Below, piece after piece: positions 47,332-57,020 of a stretch of DNA of 64,000 bases (positions are counted from its first letter, which is position 1; each line of letters begins with the position of its first letter). Origin of the DNA: Candidatus Spongiisociaceae bacterium. GTDB lineage: Bacteria; Actinomycetota; Acidimicrobiia; Spongiisociales; Spongiisociaceae. The translations under genes and the position numbers were made by a program. The stretch is from contig OZ253564.1 of assembly GCA_965262915.1 (NCBI GenBank), positions 800,001 through 864,000 of the forward strand, given 5' to 3'. Below the pieces are notes generated by a model. It had not been told where the DNA came from. It did not search any database and was given only the letters and a program-made list of their open reading frames with translations.

Positions 47332-49044
47332 ATGTCATATCCACTCTTCCACCCCAAGAACCGGGCTCCACGACCTCATACGCTGACAACGAGCGAGTTC
47401 GCGGAAGAATTCGACGGCGAGAGCATCTATGTGGAGTTCAAAGAAGGGTTCTCCGACAAGAGAATCCCGGAGTCCGTTGTTGCCTTCTCCAACACCGATG
47501 GAGGGGTGATCCTCATCGGCGTCGATGACGAAGGTCGGGTGAAGGGAGCACCACGGAACGGTAATCGCGAGAAACATCTGCATGATCGGCTGGGCAACAT
47601 CAACGATCCCGGTCGCTACGACATCCATCGCCTGACCGTCGATGGTCGGCCGGTGGTGGTAGTCACCATTGCAAGCCGTATCGAAGGGTTCGCCCAAACG
47701 AGCGATGGCCGCTTGCTGGTACGGCGGGGCGCGTCGAATGGAGCCGTGGTAGGGGCCGAGCTTTCCCGATTCATTGCCGATCGTGCACTCCGCCGCTTCG
47801 AGACAACCGCCACCGAGATCGACCTTGACGAGGCCGATCCGGGTCTACTGGCGGAGATGGCCGAGGCGTGGTCATGGGGTGACGTAGGGATCCCGGATCG
47901 CTTGGAGGAGCACGGTTTCCTCGAGAGGATCGGGGAGGCGTCGAAGCTGACGGTTGCCGGGGTTCTATACCTTGTGCCAGAACCTCACCGGATACTGGGG
48001 AAGACCTTCGTAGAGATCTTCAGGTATCGCGGTGAGGGGAGCGTTGACGATCGTCGGGTGGAGGTGACCGGCCCCCTTCCCACCCAGGTGAGGGAAGCGA
48101 CCGCCCTGGTCCTCGATGAGATCGGTTATGAACTCGTTGTCATGGGAGTGACCAGATACGAGCTACCCCGCTTACCTGAGGTCGTGCTTCGAGAGGCAAT
48201 CGCCAACGCCGTGGCGCACCGTTCCTACGAGATGACGGGCTCCGCCATCCGAGTCGAGATTCGCCCGGATCGGGTAACGGTGATGTCACCAGGTGGATTA
48301 CCCGAACCCGTCACGATAGATAACATCCGCGAGCAGAACGCGGCCCGCAACCTCGCTGTCATCAGTGCGCTTCGTCGATATCGTCTTGCCGAAGATGCAG
48401 GACGAGGCGTCGACATCATGCAGGACGAGATGGCGTCCAATCTGCTGGCACCGCCGGAGTTCTACGAGAACGGATCGTCTGTGAGGGTGAAGTTGCCCCT
48501 GACCGGCGTGGTGGCGCCCGAGGAACGGGTATGGATCAACGAGATCGAGCGACGGGGTTCCCTTGGACCACGAGACCGCCTGCTGCTGGTATTCGCGGCC
48601 CGCGGTGAGGTGCTGACCAACGGGCGGGTAAGGCAGATTCTCGGGGTCGACAACTACCAAGCCAGGCAAGCTCTCCAGCGGCTCAGGGACAAGGGTTTGC
48701 TCATCCAGCGAGGTGAACGCGGAGGGGCTGAGTATCTGATCGGAACCGGTCTCAAGCCACCATCGGGGTTGTCCACGTCCTCACACTTCGATGCAAATCC
48801 CTGGCGGGAGATCAACCAATTGCGCGGTGCGGCCGGAGGCGTCCGCCTGTCGGACGAGGAGATCGACGCAATGGTTGTCGGTCTGGCTCGGGAGGGACCG
48901 GTCACCAACGCGCTGGTGCGTGAACGCACAGGCTTGGACCGGATCCAGGCGCTGGCTGTTCTTGCCCACCTGGTGGACGCCGGGCGCCTCGAGCGTCGCG
49001 GGGCGCGGCGTGGAACCCATTACGTATTGGTCGGGTTGCGGTGA
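47332..49044 (+). CDS. Schlafen/AlbA_2 + HATPase_c_4 (RecG-C-like) + HTH protein
   Basis: VEFKE, AFSNTDGGVILIGVDD, REAIANAVAHRSY, SPGGLP, RN, EDAGRGV, two C-terminal wHTH-like repeats. Confidence 0.85.
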   Translation: MSYPLFHPKNRAPRPHTLTTSEFAEEFDGESIYVEFKEGFSDKRIPESVVAFSNTDGGVILIGVDDEGRVKGAPRNGNREKHLHDRLGNINDPGRYDIHRLTVDGRPVVVVTIASRIEGFAQTSDGRLLVRRGASNGAVVGAELSRFIADRALRRFETTATEIDLDEADPGLLAEMAEAWSWGDVGIPDRLEEHGFLERIGEASKLTVAGVLYLVPEPHRILGKTFVEIFRYRGEGSVDDRRVEVTGPLPTQVREATALVLDEIGYELVVMGVTRYELPRLPEVVLREAIANAVAHRSYEMTGSAIRVEIRPDRVTVMSPGGLPEPVTIDNIREQNAARNLAVISALRRYRLAEDAGRGVDIMQDEMASNLLAPPEFYENGSSVRVKLPLTGVVAPEERVWINEIERRGSLGPRDRLLLVFAARGEVLTNGRVRQILGVDNYQARQALQRLRDKGLLIQRGERGGAEYLIGTGLKPPSGLSTSSHFDANPWREINQLRGAAGGVRLSDEEIDAMVVGLAREGPVTNALVRERTGLDRIQALAVLAHLVDAGRLERRGARRGTHYVLVGLR

Positions 49045-49113
49045 GGAGCCGGAGTGGCGAACGCGCTGCCTGGTGGAGGCATCAGACCGGCGTCTGAGCG
49101 AAGGAGGTTATTG

Positions 49114-49902
49114 ATGAGCGTTGAACGGTTCGATCTCTCAGGACGGCGAGCGATCGTCACCGGTGGAGCACGGGGACTGGGACTCGGCATGGGGATCGGT
49201 ATGGCCCAGGCGGGCGCCGAGGTGTGGGCGTTGGACATCCTCGAGGAACGCTTCGAGGTGGCCCGCGCGGAAGCCGGGGAGGCCGGGGTCTCCATCGAGT
49301 TCTTGGCATGCGACGTGAGGAGTCCACAGCAGGTGGAGGAGGTGGCCGCCCGTTGTGACGACGGCAAGCCGCTGGTGCTGCTCAACAACGCCGGGATCGG
49401 GGAGCGCACCCCGATGGTGAGCTTGTCTTACGAGGAGTGGTCGAAAGTCGTCGATGTCAATACCTACGGGGTGTTCGCCTGCGCCCGGGCTTTCGGCGCC
49501 GTCATGCTGCGCCAAGGCGGTGGATCGGTCATCAACATCGCTTCCGTCTACGGCTTCCTGGGCCCCGACGCCCGCCTGTACACCTTCGGCGACGATGGGC
49601 CGTCGTCACCTGCTTACTGCGCAAGCAAGGGTGGGGTGATCGGTATCACCCGCTCACTTGCGGCGGGCTGGGCGGCGCGCGGGGTGCGGGTCAATTCGAT
49701 ATCGCCGGGCATGTTCATCACCGACCAGACCACCGACATCGTCGACGAGACGGGCAAAGCAGCCATCCTGGGGCGGACACCGATGGCCCGCTTTGGCCGC
49801 CCCGACGACCTGGTAGGGGCCGCCATCTTCCTCGCCTCGGACGCCTCCTCCTTCGTGACCGGCCATAACCTGGTTGTCGACGGTGGATGGTCGATCTGGT
49901 AG
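49114..49902 (+). CDS. SDR oxidoreductase (gluconate 5-dehydrogenase-like)
   Basis: TGGARGLG, NNAG, YCASKGG, VDGG. AAGGAGG RBS. Confidence 0.9.
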   Translation: MSVERFDLSGRRAIVTGGARGLGLGMGIGMAQAGAEVWALDILEERFEVARAEAGEAGVSIEFLACDVRSPQQVEEVAARCDDGKPLVLLNNAGIGERTPMVSLSYEEWSKVVDVNTYGVFACARAFGAVMLRQGGGSVINIASVYGFLGPDARLYTFGDDGPSSPAYCASKGGVIGITRSLAAGWAARGVRVNSISPGMFITDQTTDIVDETGKAAILGRTPMARFGRPDDLVGAAIFLASDASSFVTGHNLVVDGGWSIW

Positions 49903-49903
49903 G

Positions 49904-49952
49904 TCGGGTGTCGGGTGTCAGGTGTCAGGTGTCAGGTGTTGGGTGTCGGGTG
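49904..49952 (+). repeat. 7-unit heptamer array after SDR stop
   Basis: (TCGGGTG)2 (TCAGGTG)3 TTGGGTG TCGGGTG, 1 nt after TAG. Confidence 0.93.
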
Positions 49953-50053
49953 TATTCGATCACGGGTAACCCGCGATCCAGATATCGACAACGGTCGGTA
50001 CGACGACCACGGACCACGCACACCGCATATAGTTGCCCGATGAGGGTTGGTCA

Positions 50054-51184
50054 GTGAACCAGGAGGAGATCAGGGGTCTCTTCCCGGTGCTCGCCGAGCG
50101 GGCCTATATGTTCAGCGGCGGTCTGGCGCCCGCGTCGATATACACCCGGGAGGCTATCGCCCGGTTCACCGACGAGATCACCTACGACCCGAACGATCGC
50201 TACGACCGGCTCGACGAGGAATATCGGCGGGTGCAAAACCTGTTCGCCCCGCTCATCGGGGCTGATGCCGACGAGGTACTCATCACCGACTGCACCGGCG
50301 CCGGTTCCAGCCTGGCCGTGGAAATACTCGACGGGTTTCCCGGCTCGAACGTGGTGTTCGACACCCTCACCTACCCCTCGTCGGTCTATCCGTGGATGCT
50401 GCCGGGTCGGGAGTCAATCGAGTGCCGCTTCGTGGAGCCCCGGGACGGCGCGGTTCACCTGGACGACGTGGCCGAGGCGGTTGACGACGAGACCATTGCG
50501 GTAAGCGTGTCGCATGTGTGCCACATGACGGGATTCCGCCACGATCTGGACGCTCTGGGGACCCTGGCCGCAGACCACGGTGCGGCGCTGATCGTGGATG
50601 CCATGCAGTCGGCGGGAGCCGTCCGGATCGATGTACATCGGTCTGGAGTCCACTTCCTGGCGTGCGGCGCCATGAAGTGGTTGATGGGGGCGGCCGGGGT
50701 CGGGTTCCTTTACGTCGACCGCCGCTATCTCGACCGTTTGCCTCCCCGGGCGGGGATCACCGGGTTCCTGTACGACTATCCGTCGTGGCCCGAAGGCGGG
50801 CTGATTCCCAAGCCCGGCGCCGATCGGTTCCGTTTGGGCGCTCCTCCCCTGATCGGGCTGGCCGCCACCATCCCGGGGCTGGAGATCCTGACGGATGCCG
50901 GCATGCAACACGTTGAGAACTACGTGCTGGATCTGGCCGGCTACTGCATCGAAGAACTGCTGTCCCGGGGTCTCGACCTCTTCACGCTGCCCGATCCGGG
51001 CCAGCGGGCGGGGATCGTCGCCATCCGCATGGAACACCCGGGAGAGGTATGCGACCTGATGCGAGAGAGGGGCGTGGACGGGTGGCACTACGCGGACATG
51101 CTCCGGGTGGATCCCCATGTCTTCAACAACCGGGACGACATCGACCGGTTCCTGGCGGTCATCGACGAGGTACACGACGCTTGA
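50054..51184 (+). CDS. Class V PLP-dependent aminotransferase/lyase (cysteine desulfurase-like fold)
   Basis: VSHV...G, IVDAMQSAG, GAMKWLMG, LRVDPHVFN. Confidence 0.85.
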   Translation: MNQEEIRGLFPVLAERAYMFSGGLAPASIYTREAIARFTDEITYDPNDRYDRLDEEYRRVQNLFAPLIGADADEVLITDCTGAGSSLAVEILDGFPGSNVVFDTLTYPSSVYPWMLPGRESIECRFVEPRDGAVHLDDVAEAVDDETIAVSVSHVCHMTGFRHDLDALGTLAADHGAALIVDAMQSAGAVRIDVHRSGVHFLACGAMKWLMGAAGVGFLYVDRRYLDRLPPRAGITGFLYDYPSWPEGGLIPKPGADRFRLGAPPLIGLAATIPGLEILTDAGMQHVENYVLDLAGYCIEELLSRGLDLFTLPDPGQRAGIVAIRMEHPGEVCDLMRERGVDGWHYADMLRVDPHVFNNRDDIDRFLAVIDEVHDA

Positions 51185-51210
51185 GTTGACATGGTCTATG
51201 AGGATGTGAG

Positions 51211-53145
51211 GTGAGCATGAGCAACGGAGTCGAGCGCAACCTGTTAGTGCCGCTGAGCGACGGTGAGACGCTGGCGGTCGATGTCTACCTACCGGACGAA
51301 CAGCCCTCCCCGGCCATCGTGAGCTACTACCCCTATCACAAGGACGACGTGATCGGGGGGTTCTTCGAGTACGCCAACCGCTACTTCGCCGAGCAGGGCT
51401 ATGCGGCCGTTCTGGCCGACTTCCGGGGTCTGGGCGGTTCCAGCGGCCTGCCCGGCGAGGCCATGAACGCCCGGGAGGCCGACGACGGAGCCGAACTCGT
51501 GGAGTGGATCGCAGCCCAGCCCTGGTGCGACGGCTCGGTGGGGATGTGGGGACTGTCCTACGGCGGCATAACCTCCTTCAAGACCGCCGCGGTGCAGCCA
51601 CCTCACCTGAAGGCGATCGTGCCCGTGATCGGGTCCGCCGACATCTACCTGGACTGGGTGTATCCGGGAGGATGTCTCAACTGCCTAGGGCTGATGGGTT
51701 GGGGTTCGTACATGGTGGCGATGCAGATGGTCCCCCCGATGTTCCAGGACCCGGACGGTCGCTGGATGGAAGTGTGGTGGAACAGGCTCCACAACGCCCG
51801 TCCCTACATCCTCGACTGGCACGCTCATCCGGAACAGGACGCCTTCTGGGACTCCAAGACCACCGGTGTGGAGGACATCGAGGTGCCGACCTTCCTCATC
51901 GGAGGCTGGCGGGATATCTTCCCCGAAGGCATGGTGTCCCCTTACAGCCGCCTGTCCGGCCCGCGCAAGCTTCTCATGGGGCCGTGGCTCCACTGCGCGC
52001 CCGATCAATCCCCCTTCGAACCGGTCGACTACCTGGCGGAGATCACCCGCTGGTGGGACCGGTGGCTACGCGACCAACCCAACGGGGTCGAGGACGAGCC
52101 GCCGGTCACCCTCTACGTCCAGACCGGTGAGGGGGGCGAGGGTCGCTGGAAGAATGAAGAAGCCTGGCCCGTCCCCGCTGCCGGGGACACCCCCCTGTTT
52201 CTCTGCGGGGACCGACTGAACGGGGAGGTTGCGGACCGGAGCGGCAGCCGGACCTACCGGGCCGACCCGACCCTCGGTTCCTACTCGGTCCTGTGGGACC
52301 CGATGGCGTTGGGCCTCGGAAACCCGCAGAACCAGGCGCCCGAGGACGTTCTCTCCCTCGCCTATACCTCCGAGCCGATCGAGGATGCGATGGAGATCAC
52401 CGGCTCCCCCGAGGCGGTCCTCTACGTGAGCGTGGACGAAGGCGACGAGGCCAACCTCGTGGTCAAGCTGTGCGATGTGGCGCCGTCGGGCCACTCGACC
52501 CTCATCTCGACAGGGTGGCTGAAGCTCACCCATCGGGAGTCCCACCGGCGTTCCGTCGCCTTGGTCCCGGGCGAGGTGGTAGAGGCCCGGGTAGCCGTGT
52601 GGGCGACATCCTACGAGGTGGCCGCCGGGCACCGGCTACGTGTCTCGGTTTCGTGCGCTGACTTTCCCAGGATCTGGCCCACCATCACCAACCCGTTGAT
52701 CCGCCTGCACACCGGCATTGAGCACCCCTCCCGGATCTCCCTTCCGGTGGTTCCAACCGAAGCGTCCGGACCGGTGACGAAAATGCCCAGACCGGATCCC
52801 GACCTCGACCGTGCGCCGCTGGGAATCGACTACGCCCCCAAGCACATCGTGACTCGTGACCATGGCAAGGAGACAGTCACCGTGGAAGCGGGTTTCGGCT
52901 CGACGATGCATACCCCCAGCCTCGACGGCCGGGCCCACGTCGACACAGAGATCATCGCCACCGTGTCGCGCCACCGCCCCGACGGCGCCCGCTTGGAGGG
53001 CAACACGACCTTCGTGCTCGATACCCCGTCCGGGAGCCGGGTGGTGGTCGACGCTCGCACCCGCGTCTCAGCCCGCGAGGTGACGGTATGGGGCCGTGTC
53101 GAGGCAGACGGAGTACCAATCTTCGAACACCGCTGGCACTCGTAG
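51211..53145 (+). CDS. CocE/NonD family serine hydrolase
   Basis: YPYHKD, DFRGLGGSSG, GLSYGG, GGWRD, MGPWLH. Confidence 0.9.
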   Translation: MSMSNGVERNLLVPLSDGETLAVDVYLPDEQPSPAIVSYYPYHKDDVIGGFFEYANRYFAEQGYAAVLADFRGLGGSSGLPGEAMNAREADDGAELVEWIAAQPWCDGSVGMWGLSYGGITSFKTAAVQPPHLKAIVPVIGSADIYLDWVYPGGCLNCLGLMGWGSYMVAMQMVPPMFQDPDGRWMEVWWNRLHNARPYILDWHAHPEQDAFWDSKTTGVEDIEVPTFLIGGWRDIFPEGMVSPYSRLSGPRKLLMGPWLHCAPDQSPFEPVDYLAEITRWWDRWLRDQPNGVEDEPPVTLYVQTGEGGEGRWKNEEAWPVPAAGDTPLFLCGDRLNGEVADRSGSRTYRADPTLGSYSVLWDPMALGLGNPQNQAPEDVLSLAYTSEPIEDAMEITGSPEAVLYVSVDEGDEANLVVKLCDVAPSGHSTLISTGWLKLTHRESHRRSVALVPGEVVEARVAVWATSYEVAAGHRLRVSVSCADFPRIWPTITNPLIRLHTGIEHPSRISLPVVPTEASGPVTKMPRPDPDLDRAPLGIDYAPKHIVTRDHGKETVTVEAGFGSTMHTPSLDGRAHVDTEIIATVSRHRPDGARLEGNTTFVLDTPSGSRVVVDARTRVSAREVTVWGRVEADGVPIFEHRWHS

Positions 53146-53384
53146 ACACCCTCACCGGCTCGCACGGGTGAAGGGCCGAAACCGTACTTTATTTGTGCCC
53201 GCCGGGGCCCGGAGAATTGTCGTAGTTGACCTAGTGGGGACTACCGAACAATGGTTCCGTCGCCCATAAGGGTCAGCGTGACGTAATCGTACGTCGTCCG
53301 CTTGATCGCCGTCCTGAGATTTCGTTGAACGATGTAGGTGAGGCCTAGGGGGACGTAGTCGGAACGGATCCTGTACGATATGAT

Positions 53385-53400
53385 GAATACATAGAATACA
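53385..53400 (+). promoter_or_regulatory. Direct repeat GAATACA-N2-GAATACA, probable antitoxin operator
   Basis: Between a TATGAT -10-like box and the AGGAG RBS of the antitoxin. Confidence 0.45.
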
Positions 53401-53411
53401 CAGGAGACAAG

Positions 53412-53639
53412 ATGGCTACGTCAGTCCGGCTTTCGGCCGAAACCGAGCGGCGGCTCGCCTTTCTCGCTTCTCAGACGGGGCGTACGAAGGCTTTCTACCT
53501 GCGAGAGATCATCGATCGTGGACTTGATGATATTGAGGACTACTACCTGGCCGCGGATGTTCTGGAACGTCTCCGTAAGGGACAGGAGCAGGTACATACC
53601 GCCGCGGACGTTAGGAAAGAGCTTGGCTTGGACGATTGA
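53412..53639 (+). CDS. RHH antitoxin (RelB/CopG-like)
   Basis: MATSVRL..ERRLAFLASQTGRTKAFY..DIEDYYLA; overlaps toxin. Confidence 0.85.
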   Translation: MATSVRLSAETERRLAFLASQTGRTKAFYLREIIDRGLDDIEDYYLAADVLERLRKGQEQVHTAADVRKELGLDD

Positions 53640-53889
53640 CTATACGGACACCGCCAAGATGCAACTGAAGAAGCTTGATAGGAACACGGCGTCGCGAATC
53701 ATCGATTACATGGACGAGCGCGTAGCACCGTTGGACGATCCACGGCAGGCCGGTCAGGCGTTGACCGGTCCTATGGGTGGGTTGTGGCGTTATCGGGTAG
53801 GGGGCTGCCGCGTCATTCGTGATATCCAGGATGATCTTGTGCGCGTCTTGGTGCTGAGGGTGGGGAGACGAGACAAGGTCTACCGCTGA
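53623..53889 (+). CDS. relE: RelE/StbE family toxin
   Basis: TTG start; AWTIDY..AKMQLKKLD, DPRQAG.ALTG, LWRYRVG, VGRRDKVYR. Confidence 0.88.
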   Translation: MAWTIDYTDTAKMQLKKLDRNTASRIIDYMDERVAPLDDPRQAGQALTGPMGGLWRYRVGGCRVIRDIQDDLVRVLVLRVGRRDKVYR

Positions 53890-53939
53890 TGAACTACCTC
53901 TGAACCAACCCCCTCGCCACAACACTACCAAGGATCGGA

Positions 53940-54917
53940 TCAGGTACCGGCGAGGATACGTTTGGGGGTTTCGACCATGATGGTGTGCCATTGGTCGTCG
54001 GTCAGTCCGATCTCTCGTTCGAGCATTTCCTGTCCTGCCACCGGAAGCCAGGCGTAGCCGCAGCCACCGTTGGTGGCCAGGTCCTCGGCATAGCAGACAT
54101 CGTGGGAGAGGACGATGTGGTCAGTATGACCGTCGTCGATCAGACGTTTGATGCTGCGCAGGATCCGGTTGCGGTGGAAGTCGGTCATGTCCGGAAGGCT
54201 GCCCATGCGGTCGAACGAGACGCAGGCGCCTCGGCTGGCGATCTCGGCGTGGTAGCGGGGGTAGGGCTGTCCACCGGAGTGGGCCAGGACCACACGGTTG
54301 AGATCGACGCCTTCCTGCTCGAGGATGTCGAGCTGCTCCAGCCCGCCGATACCCCTGGTGGTGTGGGTGGTCAGGCCGACGCCGGTCTCGATCTGGGCGC
54401 GGCCGGCGGCGCGGAGGACCCTTTCCTCGATGGCGGAGAGGCGGTTGTACTGGGCGCCGATCTCGCCGATGATCCCCGCCTTCACGTCCGTGCCCTCCAT
54501 GCCCTCGCGCAGTTCCCCGATGATCTCCTCGGCAAGCTGGTCGGTGGACAGATCCCACAACCGCGGCTTGTAGTAGTTCTCGTGGTACCAGCCGGCGCCC
54601 ATGATGATCTTGAGCCCCCTCCGCTCGGCGGCGCGGCGAACTGCCAGGGGTGGCGGTAGCGGCTTGAGATCGTCCTGGTCGAACATGATGGGGTTGTCGT
54701 ACTCCCTGAGTCCCCCGGTGGTGAGGTCGACGACGGTGGCGCCGCCCGCCTGGCACAGCATTTCCAGCTCGATGTCAGCCAGCTCGGGATCGTTGAGGAT
54801 GTTGGTGAAGATCCAGGCGTCCCTCATCAAGTCGAGGAAGATGTGCTCGTGCATGAGCGTGAGGCCCAGATCCTCCACGTCCACCGGACCTGTCACCGTC
54901 ATTATCTGATTAGCCAT
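53940..54917 (-). CDS. Phosphotriesterase-family protein (short Php-type)
   Basis: MHEH, GIIGEIG, TTHT, LAHS, SHDVC; lacks the long post-HEH insertion of the other five. Confidence 0.9.
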   Translation of the reverse strand: MANQIMTVTGPVDVEDLGLTLMHEHIFLDLMRDAWIFTNILNDPELADIELEMLCQAGGATVVDLTTGGLREYDNPIMFDQDDLKPLPPPLAVRRAAERRGLKIIMGAGWYHENYYKPRLWDLSTDQLAEEIIGELREGMEGTDVKAGIIGEIGAQYNRLSAIEERVLRAAGRAQIETGVGLTTHTTRGIGGLEQLDILEQEGVDLNRVVLAHSGGQPYPRYHAEIASRGACVSFDRMGSLPDMTDFHRNRILRSIKRLIDDGHTDHIVLSHDVCYAEDLATNGGCGYAWLPVAGQEMLEREIGLTDDQWHTIMVETPKRILAGT

Positions 54918-55008
54918 CTGCCCTCCTCCGACCATCCAAGTATGCCTTGTGCCATCATGGCTGACAACGCCGCGGCGGATCGGGCCAGGGCGGCGGGGAG
55001 GAGGGGTA

Positions 55009-55968
55009 ATGACCGAGCGTACAGCCTATTTCAACGGCCACTTCATCCCGGAGTCGGAGCTGCGGCTGGCGCCGTTCGACGTCGGGGTACGGATCGGGGA
55101 GTTCGTCTTCGAGACCGTCCGGAGCTACGACCTCCGTCCCCACCGGCTCCGTGACCATATGGACCGCCTCTACGCCTCCATGAAAGCCCTCGACATCGAC
55201 TGCGGCATGTCGATCGAGGAGATGGAGGAGGTCACCCACGAGTTGGTCGAACGCAACAAGGCCACCATCGAGCCGTACGACGACCTGATGTGGAACAACG
55301 ATGTCTCGCGGGGCATCGCCAAGCCTTTCGAACGCGGCCCCTACGACTCGTACGAGCGGACGGTGTTCGTCATGTTCATCCCGTTGGGACCCTCCCTGGT
55401 GGAGGCGCTCGACGGGTTGGAGAACGGCGTCCCGGTCGTCATACCTCCCACCAGGAACATCCCCGCCCGCTACCTGGATCCGAAGATGAAGAACCGCAAC
55501 CGGATCCACTACGGGCGGGGCATGCGGGAGGCGCGCAAGGTCGATCCCCGGGCCGAGGCTTTGTTCGTGGACGACGCCGGCTACATCACGGAGGGGGGCG
55601 GGGCCAACTTCCTGATCGTCAAGGACGGTGCCATCCTCTCGCCCGAGGGCCGGAACATCCTGCGAGGGATCACCCTGGAGGACGTCAAGGATCTGGCGCC
55701 GCAGTTGGGCATGGAGTTCGTCGAGACCAACATCGAGCCCTACGACGTGATGACCGCCGACGAGGCCTTCTTCGCCTCCACCCCCTTCTTCGTGATGCCG
55801 GTGACCAGCATCGATGGCCGGTCCATCGGGACCGGGAGGCCCGGTCCGGTGGCGGACCGCCTGATCGACGCCTTCGCCCAGCAGGTGGGCGTGCATCCGA
55901 TCGAACAGGCCCGCAAGATCACCCAGCCGTATCTGGCGGACCGTCCGAAGGGTTCTAGACCGTATTAG
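55009..55968 (+). CDS. Class IV (branched-chain/D-amino acid-type) aminotransferase
   Basis: AYFNG, VFETVRSY, KMKNRN, ITEGGGANF, ILRGIT, ADEAFFAST, GRPGPV. Confidence 0.88.
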   Translation: MTERTAYFNGHFIPESELRLAPFDVGVRIGEFVFETVRSYDLRPHRLRDHMDRLYASMKALDIDCGMSIEEMEEVTHELVERNKATIEPYDDLMWNNDVSRGIAKPFERGPYDSYERTVFVMFIPLGPSLVEALDGLENGVPVVIPPTRNIPARYLDPKMKNRNRIHYGRGMREARKVDPRAEALFVDDAGYITEGGGANFLIVKDGAILSPEGRNILRGITLEDVKDLAPQLGMEFVETNIEPYDVMTADEAFFASTPFFVMPVTSIDGRSIGTGRPGPVADRLIDAFAQQVGVHPIEQARKITQPYLADRPKGSRPY

Positions 55969-56113
55969 TCGGTTGTCGGTTGTCGGTTGTCAATCCTGAT
56001 TAGTAGTCGACTTACATACTCAATGGGTAAGGCCGACCCTCTCTGTATGAAAGCCGTAAGGAAACGGGTGACAGTGCATGGACAACTATCGACTATCGAC
56101 CAATAACTACCGA
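55969..56113. repeat. Two inward-facing heptamer arrays between convergent genes
   Basis: (TCGGTTG)3 after the + strand stop; TCGGTAG TTATTGG TCGATAG TCGATAG after the - strand stop; about 90-nt AT-richer core. Confidence 0.75.
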
Positions 56114-56941
56114 CTACCCCCTGTACAAGGCTGCTTTCAGCTTCGCCACCAGGTCCGGGTCCAGTTGGTGGAAGGTGTGGGCCAGCGCCCAGGGGCCGTT
56201 GATCGATGCTACGCCTCCGTCGATGGGGATGACCGCTCCGGTCACGAAGCGGGAACGGGGGGAGCACAGCCAGGCAACCAGCTCGGCGACCTCGTCGGGG
56301 GTTCCGATCCTGCGGCCGGGTAGCACCGTGTCGTAGAAGCTCAGGTCGGCCGCGCCCAGCATCGGGGTGTCGATGGCGCCGGGGGCGATCACGTTAACGG
56401 TGATCTCGTGGTGGGCGAGCTCGGCGGCCAGGGGGCGGGCCATGCCCTCGAGAGCGGCCTTGCTCCCCGTATACGGGATGTCGCCTGCTTGGCCGCGGGC
56501 GGCGGCGATCGACGACCACATGATGATCCGCCCGCCCTGGCCCCTCCCGATCATCTGGCGGGCGGCGTTCTTCACGCAGTAGAGCGTGCCGAAGGTGTTG
56601 ATGCGGAAGATACGCTCCACGTCCTCGTAGTCCATGTCGACGATGCTGTTCCAACCTGCCCATACGGCGGCGGCGGTGGCCAGGATGTAGACCGGTCCCA
56701 GTGAACTCCCGATCTCATCGAACGCCTCTCCGACGGGGTCGGGATCCGACGTATCGACCGCCAGGGTGAGTATGCCGTCCCCGAGCGTGGCGAGGCCCTC
56801 CGCGTTCAGGTCGAGGGCCGCTACCGTCGCCCCGGCCCGGTGCAGGCGCAGAGCGGTGGCCCGACCCTGGCCCGAAGCGGCCCCGGTCACCACGGCCACC
56901 CGCCCCGTGAGATCGAGTACGTCCATGCCGGATCCGTCCAT
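56114..56941 (-). CDS. SDR oxidoreductase
   Basis: TGAASGQG, YTGSK, NVIAPG, IDGG. Confidence 0.9.
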   Translation of the reverse strand: MDGSGMDVLDLTGRVAVVTGAASGQGRATALRLHRAGATVAALDLNAEGLATLGDGILTLAVDTSDPDPVGEAFDEIGSSLGPVYILATAAAVWAGWNSIVDMDYEDVERIFRINTFGTLYCVKNAARQMIGRGQGGRIIMWSSIAAARGQAGDIPYTGSKAALEGMARPLAAELAHHEITVNVIAPGAIDTPMLGAADLSFYDTVLPGRRIGTPDEVAELVAWLCSPRSRFVTGAVIPIDGGVASINGPWALAHTFHQLDPDLVAKLKAALYRG

Positions 56942-57020
56942 AGGGTCCTCCTGTCGCAGCTGGGGAAAGGGTACCGTCGGTGGTGACGGCTTGCGGGGGG
57001 CCGGCCCGGCCTGCGGTTGG

